Under the pieces are notes generated by a model that searched no databases, was not told the origin of the DNA, and saw only the letters and a program-made list of their open reading frames with translations. A stretch of 64,000 bases of DNA from Sphingomonadaceae bacterium (GTDB lineage: Bacteria; Chloroflexota; UBA6077). The DNA is taken from the NCBI GenBank assembly GCA_050261575.1, contig JBLNDL010000011.1, positions 1,345 to 65,344 of the forward strand. Direction: 5' to 3'. Each line of letters opens with the position of its first letter. Within the stretch, counting starts at the first letter, position 1. Both the position numbers and the translations under genes were made by a program. Shown here piece after piece: positions 7,952 through 16,924 of this stretch.

Positions 7952-10900
7952 ATGATTCCCGTGACCTCGCCGTGGACAGACCAAGCAGCCCTGGACCCCA
8001 CGCAGACCGAAGCGGCCACGAGCCTCGCGGGCCCCGTGGCGGTGCTCGGCGGGCCTGGCACAGGCAAGACCACCGTGGTGGTGGAGCGTGCCGCCCACCT
8101 GATAGCCTCCGGGGTGCCGAGGGAGCGAATCCTGGTCCTCGCCCTCTCTCGCCGCAGCATGGCCGAGTTGACCGCACGCCTGGTCGGACGGCTCGCGGCC
8201 GAGGCCCCGACGGTGACCACCTTTCACTCGCTCGCCCTCGCCCTGGTCCGCCGCCACCATCGCGAGGCGGGCTACCGCCGGCCGCCGCGCTCACTAACCG
8301 CGCAGGAGGCCTGGCGACGCCTCAAGGCGACCCTCGAGCGCGAGAACCCCGCCGACTGGCCCCGGTACGGCAACGCTCTGCGGTCTCAGACGTTGCTGGC
8401 CATGGCCAACGACCTCGTCTCCGGCTCGGCGCACAACGCGCTCGACGGTGGCGAGCTCCAAGCTCTCCTCGCCGAGCGGGGCCGAAGCGACCTCGCGGAG
8501 GTTGTCCGCTTCGTGGGCAGGTACCTCAGGCAGTCGAAGGAACTGGGGCTGGTCGAGCAGCAATGGGCGCTCGTGGAGGCGCTGCGACTCCTGAAGAACC
8601 ACCCCGCGATACTGATCGGCCACCGTGACCGCTATCCCCACCTGTTGGTGGACGAGTTCGAGGACGCGAGTTTCACGCAGGCCCGCCTGGCCCGCCTGCT
8701 GGGGGGCAACGGCCTCTTCGTAGCAGGCAACCCGGACCAGGCCGTCAACTCCTTCCAGGGTGGCAGCCCCTCCTATCTGAGGAAGCTGGCCGCCTCCCCC
8801 GAGGTGCGAGTCGTCCGTCTGGCCGTCTGCCACTCTTCGGCTCCCGCCATCGAGAGAGCGTGCCGTAGCCTTGCGTCCGGCGACCTGGGCCGCGGAGTAG
8901 TGAAGGCAGCCCCAAACCCGCCAGCATTGGGGACGGCCCCGATTCCAGGGTGTGGGAGCGCCTCCCCGTACCCGCCAGCGTCGGAGACGACGCCGGCCCC
9001 CGGGGATCTCGGGGCTCCACCGACGCAGGGCGACGAGCCGGACGACGCCGTCGCCCTCCACGCATTCACCCACCAGAGCGAGGAGCCACTCTGGATCGCC
9101 CAGGAGATCCTCTCCCTCCTGCGGTCGGGCGTCGCGCCGGGACAGGTGGCCGTACTGACGCGATCCGGCAAGGACCCGGTGGCGAGGGACCTCGCACGCA
9201 GGCTCGTCCACCTGGGAGTGCCCATCCGCGCCCTAGCCGACCCCCAATCGGTGTCGGCCGATCCGCTGGTCGGCGCCGCCGTCGAGGTGCTGAGATTCCT
9301 CACCTCCCCCACGGAGTGCCGCAAGGCCCTCTTCGCTGGACTGCTCACCTCCCCGCTCGCCGGGCTCACGCCGGCTGAGTTGCGATCGTTTCGGCGTGCG
9401 GCCGGGGAGATGGGGCTTTCGCTCCTCGACGCGGCGCGCACTCCCTCCGCCCTGGAGGCGCTGCCCCGCCCGGCGGCGGACGCCGTCGCTGCGCTGGTCT
9501 CACGGCTGACGTCCCTTGCGTCTTACGTCGAGCGCCCTCCGGTCGAGCTGCTCTGGAGGATTTGGACAGACTTCCCAGCCTTCGCCCTCCAGGCCGCCGC
9601 CTGGGGCGAGCGGCGCATAGACCAGGTGGCCGGCTCGCCTGCCGCCTACCGCGCCTTCCTGGAGGAGGCCGAACAGATCGTCGAGGACACCCCATCGGCC
9701 ACGTTAGCCGACCTCGTGGCGCTCTACGATGCCGGCTACTTCAGGGATGTGACCGCGGCAGCCGGACACCATCAGGGGGCCGGAGTCACCCTCACCACCA
9801 TCCACCAGGCCCGCGGACGCCGGTGGGACTTCGTCTTCCTCCCCAACCTGGTGGAAGGGGTCTATCCCCTGCGCCGCTCCCGCGTCGGCACCCTTGCCCC
9901 CCTGCTGTTGAGGGAGGCCGAAGGGGAACCGGAGGGGATCAGGGATCGCCACCTGGCAGAGGAGAGGCGGCTTCTAATCGTGGGGCTGTCCCGAGCCCGG
10001 CGGAAGGTGTACCTGAGCCACAGCTCCACGGCGCTCGACGGCACCACCCGGCTCACTCCGTCCAGATACCTGTCTTCCCTGCGGCCCGCGGTGGCGACCG
10101 ATGGGAGAGGAGTGCGCCAAGGGGTGGACGAGCTGGTGGTCCACTACCGTCGACAGCTCGCCTCCGAGAGCGAGATCGAGCGGGCGCAGGCACTGTACGC
10201 CCTTGGCCGGCTCGCCGACACATTCCCGGGCAGGGTGGACCCAGCCCTCTGGTGGGACACCCAAGACGAGACCGCAGGCGCCGAGCCCCCTTACCCGAGC
10301 GGGAGCCTCCGCCTCTCGGCCTCCCGCCTGAACACCTACAGGAACTGCCCGCTGCAGTTCAAGTTCGCCCAGCACCTCTGCCTGGAGGACGTCGCCAGCG
10401 ACGCCATGTCCCTGGGCACGCTGATCCACGACGTCCTGCAAGCCTATCACGACCCCGCCGCCACCCGTCCCAAGACCCGAGAGGCCCTCGAGTCGCTGAC
10501 GGACCAGTTCTTCGATCCAGCGGCCTTCTCACGCCCAGCGGTCGCCAGGCAGGTCCGGGCCAAGGCCAGCGAACTGCTGGACCTATACTTCTCAAGGTAC
10601 GGCCAGGCAACAGGGGTCGTTGACGTCGAGAGGCACTTCCAGTTCCGGCTGGGCCCCCACACCGTGTCGGGTCGCATCGACCGGATCGACCGCCGCCCGG
10701 ATGGGACGCTTGAGCTGATCGATTACAAGACCGGCTCGGCAATGAGTCACGGCGAAGCCGAGGCGGACATCCAGCTCGCACTCTACGACCTCGCCTTCCA
10801 GCATGCGCCCGAGCTAGCGGAGCTGGGGCGGCCCGGCATGGCCAGCTACCTGTTCCTGAAAGGAATCGGGCCGCGGGCGGACGGGAAGCGCGGCTACGAG

Positions 10901-11116
10901 CCCACCGAGGAGGGCCGCCAGAGGTTGCTCGACCGGATCGATCGCTACTCCGCCGGCATCCTCGGCGAGGTCTTCCCCTCCAGGTCGCGTATCCTCGAGA
11001 CCTGGCCCGACCTGGGGCCCGAGGAGGTCGCCCACATCCAGAAGTCGGATCCCTGCCGCACCTGTGCCTTCCGCTGGCTCTGTCCGGAGATGGAAAGGGG
11101 GCAAAACGATGAGTGA
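7952..11116 (+). CDS. adnA: ATP-dependent helicase-nuclease subunit, AdnA/AddB-like (UvrD-like motor plus C-terminal RecB-family nuclease with Cys cluster).
   Basis: Walker A GGPGTGKTT and DEFED motif II. C-terminal PD-(D/E)xK module (GRIDRIDRRPDGTLELIDYKTG) with 4 Cys (CPLQF ... CRTCAFRWLC). 1054 aa, close to mycobacterial AdnA size. Confidence 0.8.
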   Translation: MIPVTSPWTDQAALDPTQTEAATSLAGPVAVLGGPGTGKTTVVVERAAHLIASGVPRERILVLALSRRSMAELTARLVGRLAAEAPTVTTFHSLALALVRRHHREAGYRRPPRSLTAQEAWRRLKATLERENPADWPRYGNALRSQTLLAMANDLVSGSAHNALDGGELQALLAERGRSDLAEVVRFVGRYLRQSKELGLVEQQWALVEALRLLKNHPAILIGHRDRYPHLLVDEFEDASFTQARLARLLGGNGLFVAGNPDQAVNSFQGGSPSYLRKLAASPEVRVVRLAVCHSSAPAIERACRSLASGDLGRGVVKAAPNPPALGTAPIPGCGSASPYPPASETTPAPGDLGAPPTQGDEPDDAVALHAFTHQSEEPLWIAQEILSLLRSGVAPGQVAVLTRSGKDPVARDLARRLVHLGVPIRALADPQSVSADPLVGAAVEVLRFLTSPTECRKALFAGLLTSPLAGLTPAELRSFRRAAGEMGLSLLDAARTPSALEALPRPAADAVAALVSRLTSLASYVERPPVELLWRIWTDFPAFALQAAAWGERRIDQVAGSPAAYRAFLEEAEQIVEDTPSATLADLVALYDAGYFRDVTAAAGHHQGAGVTLTTIHQARGRRWDFVFLPNLVEGVYPLRRSRVGTLAPLLLREAEGEPEGIRDRHLAEERRLLIVGLSRARRKVYLSHSSTALDGTTRLTPSRYLSSLRPAVATDGRGVRQGVDELVVHYRRQLASESEIERAQALYALGRLADTFPGRVDPALWWDTQDETAGAEPPYPSGSLRLSASRLNTYRNCPLQFKFAQHLCLEDVASDAMSLGTLIHDVLQAYHDPAATRPKTREALESLTDQFFDPAAFSRPAVARQVRAKASELLDLYFSRYGQATGVVDVERHFQFRLGPHTVSGRIDRIDRRPDGTLELIDYKTGSAMSHGEAEADIQLALYDLAFQHAPELAELGRPGMASYLFLKGIGPRADGKRGYEPTEEGRQRLLDRIDRYSAGILGEVFPSRSRILETWPDLGPEEVAHIQKSDPCRTCAFRWLCPEMERGQNDE

Positions 11117-14100
11117 GTTCAAGCCGACCCCCGAGCAGGAGGATGCACTCTCCGCTCTCGCGCCGCTGCTTATCCTGGCGGGGGCGGGCACCGGCAAGAC
11201 CACCGTGCTCACCCACAGGATCGCCCGGCTGATCGCAGGCGGCAAGGCCCGCCCGGACCAGATACTCGCGCTGACGTTCGCCGAAAAGGCCGCGGCGGAG
11301 ATGGCCGAGCGCCTCTCAGCCCTGCTGGAGGAGCGAGGCTTCGGGGAAGCAGGGCGGGAGATCCATTGCTCCACCTTCCACTCCTTTGGCCTCGAGATCA
11401 TCCAGGAGAACGCGCTGCTTCTGGGTCGGGACGGGGAGAGCCGCGTCCTGTCCACCCCTGCGAGCTGGCAGCTCCTCTCCACGATCGTCGACGATCTGGA
11501 CTTCCGGGCAATCGACCTCACCGGCGGGGATCTGGGAAAGGTGTTCGGCAAGCTGCTAGGCTTCTTCTCCGCTGCCAAGGATCACCTGGTCAGCCCCGAT
11601 GAGCTGGAGAGCTACCTGGCCACCCAGAGCGCCGAGGGACTATCCCCAGCCGCGGCCAAGCACTGGGAGGAGCGGCTGGCCAGGCTGAGGGACGTGGCCG
11701 CCGCCTACCGGCGATACGAGGAAGCGAAGAGCGAGCGGGGGTATCTGGACTACGGAGACCTCATCTCGCTCCCGATCCGCCTACTCCGCGCCCACCCCGA
11801 CGTGCGCGACCGCTATCGGCAGCGATACCCCTTCGTATTCGTCGACGAGTACCAGGACACGAACCACGCCCAGCGGCTCCTGCTGCTGGAGATGATCTCC
11901 CCCGACGCACAGGTGGTGGTGATCGGCGACGACGACCAGTCCATCTACGGCTGGCGGGGCGCGGTGATCCAGAACATACTGAACTTTCCGCGAGAGGCGC
12001 CCATCCAAGCGGCCGGCGCGAGCCAGAGGTTCCTCACGGTGAACCGCCGATCCGGTCCACCCATACTGGACATCGCGAACCAGGTGATCTCGAGGCTGGC
12101 CGAGAGGTACGAAAAGCGGCTGGGCTACATGGACGATGTCGCCGAGGCGCAGGCCGGCCACTACGTCGCCGCGTCCGACGAAGCGGAGGGCCGCTGGATC
12201 GCGGCGACCATACGAGAACTCAAGCTTCGGCCGGAGGTCGAGGACCCCACAGGGAAGAAGCGGGGGTACGGGGTCTTCGCGGTGCTGTGCCGGAAACGCA
12301 GCCTCTTCGAGTCCGTCGCCAGGGCCCTCGAGGAGGCAGGCATCCCGTACGAGCTGATCGGTGGGACCGGCTTCTACGGGCGGCGGGAGATAAGGAACGT
12401 CCTCTCCTACCTGCGGGTGCTCTCCGATCCAGCAGACAACATCGCCCTGGCAAGGGTGCTCCAACTTCCTCCCTGGCGGATACATGATCGCGACCTCTTT
12501 CACCTCTCCCGGTGGGCGCGGACCCGGGCTGCCGAAGGGAAGCGGGCCAAGAGCGCAGCGCCTGAAGTCGGGCAAGCTAGAGCGAGCGCAGCGTTCCCGG
12601 CTGTCCCCGAAGAACCTGTCTCTCTCGAACGACCGCTCGGCTCCTCCTCGACAACCTTCGATGTCGAGGAGTCCCTCCCCTACCGCCTCTACGATGCCGT
12701 TGCCCACGCCGACTCCGTTCCAGGGCTCTCACCCGAGGCGCCTGGGCGGCTGGCTCGGCTGCGGAAGGCCATGGACAGCCTGTACCGGGCGGCCAGGCAG
12801 GTCCCCCTGTCGGAACTGGTCGAGCGCGCGATCGACGTGTCCGGCCACCGCCTGGAGATGGCCGTGCGGGGCGACTTCGAGTCGGAGCTGGCGCTGCTCA
12901 ACCTCCAGAAGCTGGTCGAGTTGGCGCGGCAGTTCGAGGCCGAGGAGGGCACCCTCGACGGCTTCGTGGAGTACGTGCAGTATGCGCTGGACAGCGGCGA
13001 CGAGGAGAACGAGGTGCGGCCCGTGGACGAGGGCAGCGACACAGTGAAGGTGATGACCATCCACCAGGCAAAGGGGCTGGAGTTCCCCGTGGTGTTCCTG
13101 CCGGGGCTAGCCGAGGGGATCTTCCCTGATCCCCGCCTCGACGACCCTGACCGGTGGGACCAGTTCCCCGAGCAGCTCCGAGGCGACAGAAGCCGCTATC
13201 CCACTCTCGACCTGCGGAGTATGGGGACGGAGAGGCAGCTCAGGGAAGCCCTCAAGGCCCGGAAGGACGCCCTCCGCGAGATGAGGCTGGACGAGGAGCG
13301 TCGCCTCTTCTACGTCGCGATCACGCGCGCGCAGAGAGCCCTCTTCTTCTCCAGGGCGCACTGGTACTTCACCAACACGAAGCCACGGAATCCGTCGCCC
13401 TTCTGGGACGAGGTGCTGGCGACCGGTCTCTCTAGGTCGATGGGGGAGGAGGAGGCCCCGGAGAAGAACCCCAGGCGGCTATCTGGAGCCGTGGGGACGG
13501 CGCGGGAAGGCGGCCGCACGATGAGCCTGGCTCGGCTTCTGCTGTCGCCTGATCGAGCCGACGCGTGGATCGGCCGGGTGGCGTCGGAGATGCCCGAGGA
13601 ATGGGATCGGAGGAGAACGGCGATCGAGAGGGAGATCGCCGCCCTGACGGAAAGGGTCGGCTCCGCGGAGCAGGGCTCGCCAGTGGAGGTCTCGTGCACG
13701 GGGCTCGTCCGCTACGCGGAGTGTCCTCGCATCTACCGCTACCTGCACGTGGACCTACTTCCAGAGAGACCGTCCCCCTGGGCCAAACTGGGCAGCGAGG
13801 TCCATCGCCGCATTGAGGAGGAGGCTCGCGGCGAGTTGCCCATGGCCGACGAAGAGGACGCCGAGGAGGACCGCCGGGACGTGGACCACTTGGCGGAGGG
13901 AGAGCGAATCGCGAGCGTGGAGGAGATGTTGGAGACCTACCGGCGAAGCGCCTTGGGGCGAAGACCGCCGACCAGGGTCGAGGAAGCCTTCACCCTGCCT
14001 GTCAACGGCAGCCTGGTGCGGGGTCGCATCGACCGTCTGGATCGGCTTCCGGACGGCGGGTGGGAGCTGGTCGATTACAAGGCGGCCAGGTTTCCAGGCC

Positions 14101-14378
14101 AGGTGGGTCGCGGACGGTTGCTGCAACTCCACATCTACTCGCTGGCGGCGTGGCGGCTCTGGGGCGTCCATCCGGAGCGGCTGCAGTGCCGGCTGTTCTT
14201 CCTGGCGGACGGACACATCGAGACCTTGCGCCCCACCATCGAGGATCTGGAGCAGACCGAGGAATGGATAGCCGGCACCATTCGGCGGATCCAGGCCGGC
14301 CTCTTCCCGCGAACGCAGGACGCCCAGGTGTGCGCCCGCTGCGGATACGGGCAGGTATGCGCAGCAGGGCTACGCTGA
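11109..14378 (+). CDS. adnB: ATP-dependent helicase-nuclease subunit, AdnB/AddA-like (UvrD-like motor plus RecB-family nuclease).
   Basis: Start MSEFKPTPEQE overlaps the upstream stop by 8 nt. Walker A GAGTGKTT, DEYQD motif II, C-terminal GRIDRLDRLPDGGWELVDYK nuclease motif. 1089 aa. Confidence 0.8.
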   Translation: MSEFKPTPEQEDALSALAPLLILAGAGTGKTTVLTHRIARLIAGGKARPDQILALTFAEKAAAEMAERLSALLEERGFGEAGREIHCSTFHSFGLEIIQENALLLGRDGESRVLSTPASWQLLSTIVDDLDFRAIDLTGGDLGKVFGKLLGFFSAAKDHLVSPDELESYLATQSAEGLSPAAAKHWEERLARLRDVAAAYRRYEEAKSERGYLDYGDLISLPIRLLRAHPDVRDRYRQRYPFVFVDEYQDTNHAQRLLLLEMISPDAQVVVIGDDDQSIYGWRGAVIQNILNFPREAPIQAAGASQRFLTVNRRSGPPILDIANQVISRLAERYEKRLGYMDDVAEAQAGHYVAASDEAEGRWIAATIRELKLRPEVEDPTGKKRGYGVFAVLCRKRSLFESVARALEEAGIPYELIGGTGFYGRREIRNVLSYLRVLSDPADNIALARVLQLPPWRIHDRDLFHLSRWARTRAAEGKRAKSAAPEVGQARASAAFPAVPEEPVSLERPLGSSSTTFDVEESLPYRLYDAVAHADSVPGLSPEAPGRLARLRKAMDSLYRAARQVPLSELVERAIDVSGHRLEMAVRGDFESELALLNLQKLVELARQFEAEEGTLDGFVEYVQYALDSGDEENEVRPVDEGSDTVKVMTIHQAKGLEFPVVFLPGLAEGIFPDPRLDDPDRWDQFPEQLRGDRSRYPTLDLRSMGTERQLREALKARKDALREMRLDEERRLFYVAITRAQRALFFSRAHWYFTNTKPRNPSPFWDEVLATGLSRSMGEEEAPEKNPRRLSGAVGTAREGGRTMSLARLLLSPDRADAWIGRVASEMPEEWDRRRTAIEREIAALTERVGSAEQGSPVEVSCTGLVRYAECPRIYRYLHVDLLPERPSPWAKLGSEVHRRIEEEARGELPMADEEDAEEDRRDVDHLAEGERIASVEEMLETYRRSALGRRPPTRVEEAFTLPVNGSLVRGRIDRLDRLPDGGWELVDYKAARFPGQVGRGRLLQLHIYSLAAWRLWGVHPERLQCRLFFLADGHIETLRPTIEDLEQTEEWIAGTIRRIQAGLFPRTQDAQVCARCGYGQVCAAGLR

Positions 14379-14393
14379 CGGACACCCAAGAAA

Positions 14394-14441
14394 GGCTCGA
14401 GCATCATCTCACCCCAAACGGGGGTCGATGATGCTCGAGCG
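14394..14441 (+). terminator. Long perfect hairpin downstream of adnB.
   Basis: GCTCGAGCATCATC (18-nt loop) GATGATGCTCGAGC: a 14-bp perfect inverted repeat. Confidence 0.45.
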
Positions 14442-14527
14442 CCATGGGGTTCGCGAAGGGGTCTACCACACCACCGGGAGCCTCTGCCCGGTCCGGCACC
14501 TCCCCTGTGATGGGAGGGACTGTCTAT

Positions 14528-14797
14528 CTACGCAGCCTTGGCTGCCCGTCGGCTCGCTTCGCCGGACAGGCGCCGCCTCAACTGAGAGTCCGCACGCGGT
14601 CCGAAGTCCACGATGGCCAGCTTGCCGAACCCCAGCGCAGCCGCGAGACTCGCGCCGCTCACGGCGGCCAGTGGCAGCACCTGCACTGCGGGTCCGCCAA
14701 CCAACGCGGTGTACGCGGACAACCCCGACAGAACGACCATCCACAGCGACGATCCGATCAGCACCGTCCTCGAACTAGGCACATTCCTATGGTCCAT
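14528..14797 (-). CDS. Small hypothetical membrane protein (89 aa).
   Basis: Two hydrophobic helices (IGSSLWMVVLSGLSAYTALVGG / VLPLAAVSGASLAAALGFG). AGGTG RBS 9 nt upstream of ATG. Lower-GC promoter-like region at 14800-14900. Confidence 0.3.
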   Translation of the reverse strand: MDHRNVPSSRTVLIGSSLWMVVLSGLSAYTALVGGPAVQVLPLAAVSGASLAAALGFGKLAIVDFGPRADSQLRRRLSGEASRRAAKAA

Positions 14798-15119
14798 CTG
14801 GAGTCACACCTCACTAATTCTTCTCGGGGTGCAATATCTCACGCCACATCCAGTATGTCCAATGCCAGTATCGGCATCTACACATTACCGGCAGGTTATG
14901 GATGCTCGACTGTGTGGAGTGGCATTTCGAGGCGGCAGGGGGGAAAACGGAGCGAGCGATTCCGGCCCGCTCGACTCTCGGGGAAACGAACGGCCGGCAC
15001 GAAGACCTCACCCGACTGCACGACTGGCGGGGCCGACTGAAGCCCTCGTGCCTCCGTCGGTCCTATCGCGACTGGGCAGGAGGCAATGGCTGCGAGGGGA
15101 AGGCGAGACCGCTGGTTGC

Positions 15120-15263
15120 CTAGCTCTTCTTGACGATCCTGGTCAGCTTGGTGCCGCACGCGGCACAGGTCCCCTGGATGGCCGGCCGGCCGTTGGCCAT
15201 GGTGATCTGCTTCGGATCCTTGATCTCCCGCTGGCCGCGGCACTTGACGCAGTAGGCGTCCAT
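15120..15263 (-). CDS. Small zinc-ribbon protein (47 aa, CxxC...CxxC). Not in the ORF track because it is under 60 aa.
   Basis: MDAYCVKCRGQREIKDPKQITMANGRPAIQGTCAACGTKLTRIVKKS. GGAGAGAGGAG RBS upstream. Four Cys arranged as a Zn-ribbon. Confidence 0.55.
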   Translation of the reverse strand: MDAYCVKCRGQREIKDPKQITMANGRPAIQGTCAACGTKLTRIVKKS

Positions 15264-15384
15264 CTTCGCACTCCTCTCTCCCTTTGAGCGGTGCCCGGAT
15301 GTGGCACGCTCGCTTCGGGCGGAAGTTTACAGATTGTTGCGTCTCCATGCAAGTAGTTCTACTTCCCTGCATCGAGTCTGAGCC

Positions 15385-15418
15385 CCTGCGCCCAGGCCAC
15401 CACGTGGGGAGGGAATGG
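15385..15418 (-). terminator. Hairpin just downstream of the GH99-like gene stop.
   Basis: GGCCACCAC...GTGGTGGCC inverted repeat. Confidence 0.3.
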
Positions 15419-15440
15419 TGGCCTCCTCGGTACGCGCTCC

Positions 15441-16667
15441 CTAATGGGCACTCTCCCAGGGGAAACGCTCGTCGTTCCCTCGTTCCCGGATGCCGTGGGG
15501 GCCGCCGTTCACCCAGGTCCTGGCCCCATTGGTGAAGGCAGTCCAGTTGTCGGACTTGCGCCACACCATCAGGCCGGTGGTGGTCGCCTGCAGGGAGTCC
15601 CCGTTGGCTGCGTGGTGCTCCTCCTCCAGCGGCTGCCCCACGATCCATGGGATCTGGCTGGCCAGGGCGGCGAACCCCAGCTTGAAGCTGAACCCGGTCG
15701 GGGCAGAGCCCGCCCGCGACTGCCGGTAGCTCTCGGCGTACCGTCGTGTTATGTCGAGATACAGGTTGCCGTAGCTGCTGCCCGGCTCGATCGCCGTCCC
15801 CTCGCCCCACTCGTTCCAACTCGTTATGGTGATCGCCCCCGGCTCGCTGGCGATTGCTGACTCCCACCGCCGGGAGTAGTAGCCGCCGTTCTCTCGGCCC
15901 ACCGTCACCCGGGTCGGGGTGCCCTGGCGCGAGTTGTCCCAGCCCGGCGCCACGCCGGCCGACCATACCTTCGGCTTGCCCGTCCGAGCCGAAGCGGCCT
16001 CCACCTTGGACTTCAAGCTCTTGTAGGTTGCCGTGGCGTCGGCCGTCCAGCTAGCGGCGCTGAACAGGTGGATCCCGTCGAACACCTGCAGCCAACTGTC
16101 CGGACGGTCGGTCTCCACGTTCCAGTGCCACTCGCCGTTCGGGTCCACCTGCGACCGAACAGCCTGCCAGAACTCCACCCCGCCCGCCGCGGAGGGATTC
16201 CAGAAGAAGATGGCCGGCTTTCCCCCAACTCGAGCCCAGTTTGGATGCGATCCGTACTTGGCCACGACGTATCTGAGGGCATCCACGATCTCCCCCTGAG
16301 AGACCAACCCCGCCTGCCCAGTCTCGAAGTAGATGGTCGAGGCGAAGTCGGTGCCTTTGGATACGTCGAGCAGGGTGGCAAGGTTGTTGTCGGTTCGGTT
16401 CCCCTTGCCCATCCAGGAGCTGATGAAGCCCGTGATGCCCGCGTCTCGGGCCTCACGCACCTGCCGTTCGATCGTCGAGCGGCTATCGCTTTGGTAGGGA
16501 GTGACAGGCACATCCCACATGGCATCCCGATGGAAGTTCTCCGGGTTGTACCAAGGGTAGTAGAAGGCGAGGACCGGCGTATCCGCGGCTGCCGACGCCG
16601 TCGGGCCGATGAAGGCCACCGACGCTAATCCGAGAGCCACCGCGAACAGCATGGTGTGCCAGCGCAT
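15441..16667 (-). CDS. Secreted glycoside hydrolase, GH99-like (endo-alpha-mannosidase-like).
   Basis: Signal peptide MRWHTMLFAVALGLASVAFIGPTASAAA. FYYPWY motif and WNEWGEG segment. Start at internal ATG with AGGAGGA RBS; the exact coordinate may be off by 1. Confidence 0.6.
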   Translation of the reverse strand: MRWHTMLFAVALGLASVAFIGPTASAAADTPVLAFYYPWYNPENFHRDAMWDVPVTPYQSDSRSTIERQVREARDAGITGFISSWMGKGNRTDNNLATLLDVSKGTDFASTIYFETGQAGLVSQGEIVDALRYVVAKYGSHPNWARVGGKPAIFFWNPSAAGGVEFWQAVRSQVDPNGEWHWNVETDRPDSWLQVFDGIHLFSAASWTADATATYKSLKSKVEAASARTGKPKVWSAGVAPGWDNSRQGTPTRVTVGRENGGYYSRRWESAIASEPGAITITSWNEWGEGTAIEPGSSYGNLYLDITRRYAESYRQSRAGSAPTGFSFKLGFAALASQIPWIVGQPLEEEHHAANGDSLQATTTGLMVWRKSDNWTAFTNGARTWVNGGPHGIRERGNDERFPWESAH

Positions 16668-16924
16668 GTACTTCCTCCTGGAAAAGAATGACGTGGCAGG
16701 CGCCTGGAAGGTCGCTCGGGGAAAGGGGACCACTTGATACGAACCACCCTCAAGCTCAACGAAGCGGGGGGCCAATCGTTACAGGTCCCCCGCTTCCAAC
16801 ACGACGATCTTCGCGACACCCGGCGCTTGTCGAAGTCACGCTGCTCGCAGCCCTGTTCGAGACGCCATTACGCCAACCTGGACCTCAACCTCCACATGCA
16901 CGCCCGGTGCCAGTCCGCTTCTCG

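Noticed and set aside
9562-10623. 353-aa Pro/Arg/Gly-rich ORF inside adnA (other frame)
   Set aside because: Low-complexity composition and embedded in a gene with clear helicase/nuclease motifs.
14896-15966. 356-aa minus-strand ORF spanning the Zn-ribbon gene and the GH99 3' region
   Set aside because: Gly/Arg/Pro-rich with no motifs. It overlaps the RBS-supported small ORF and the GH99-like gene.
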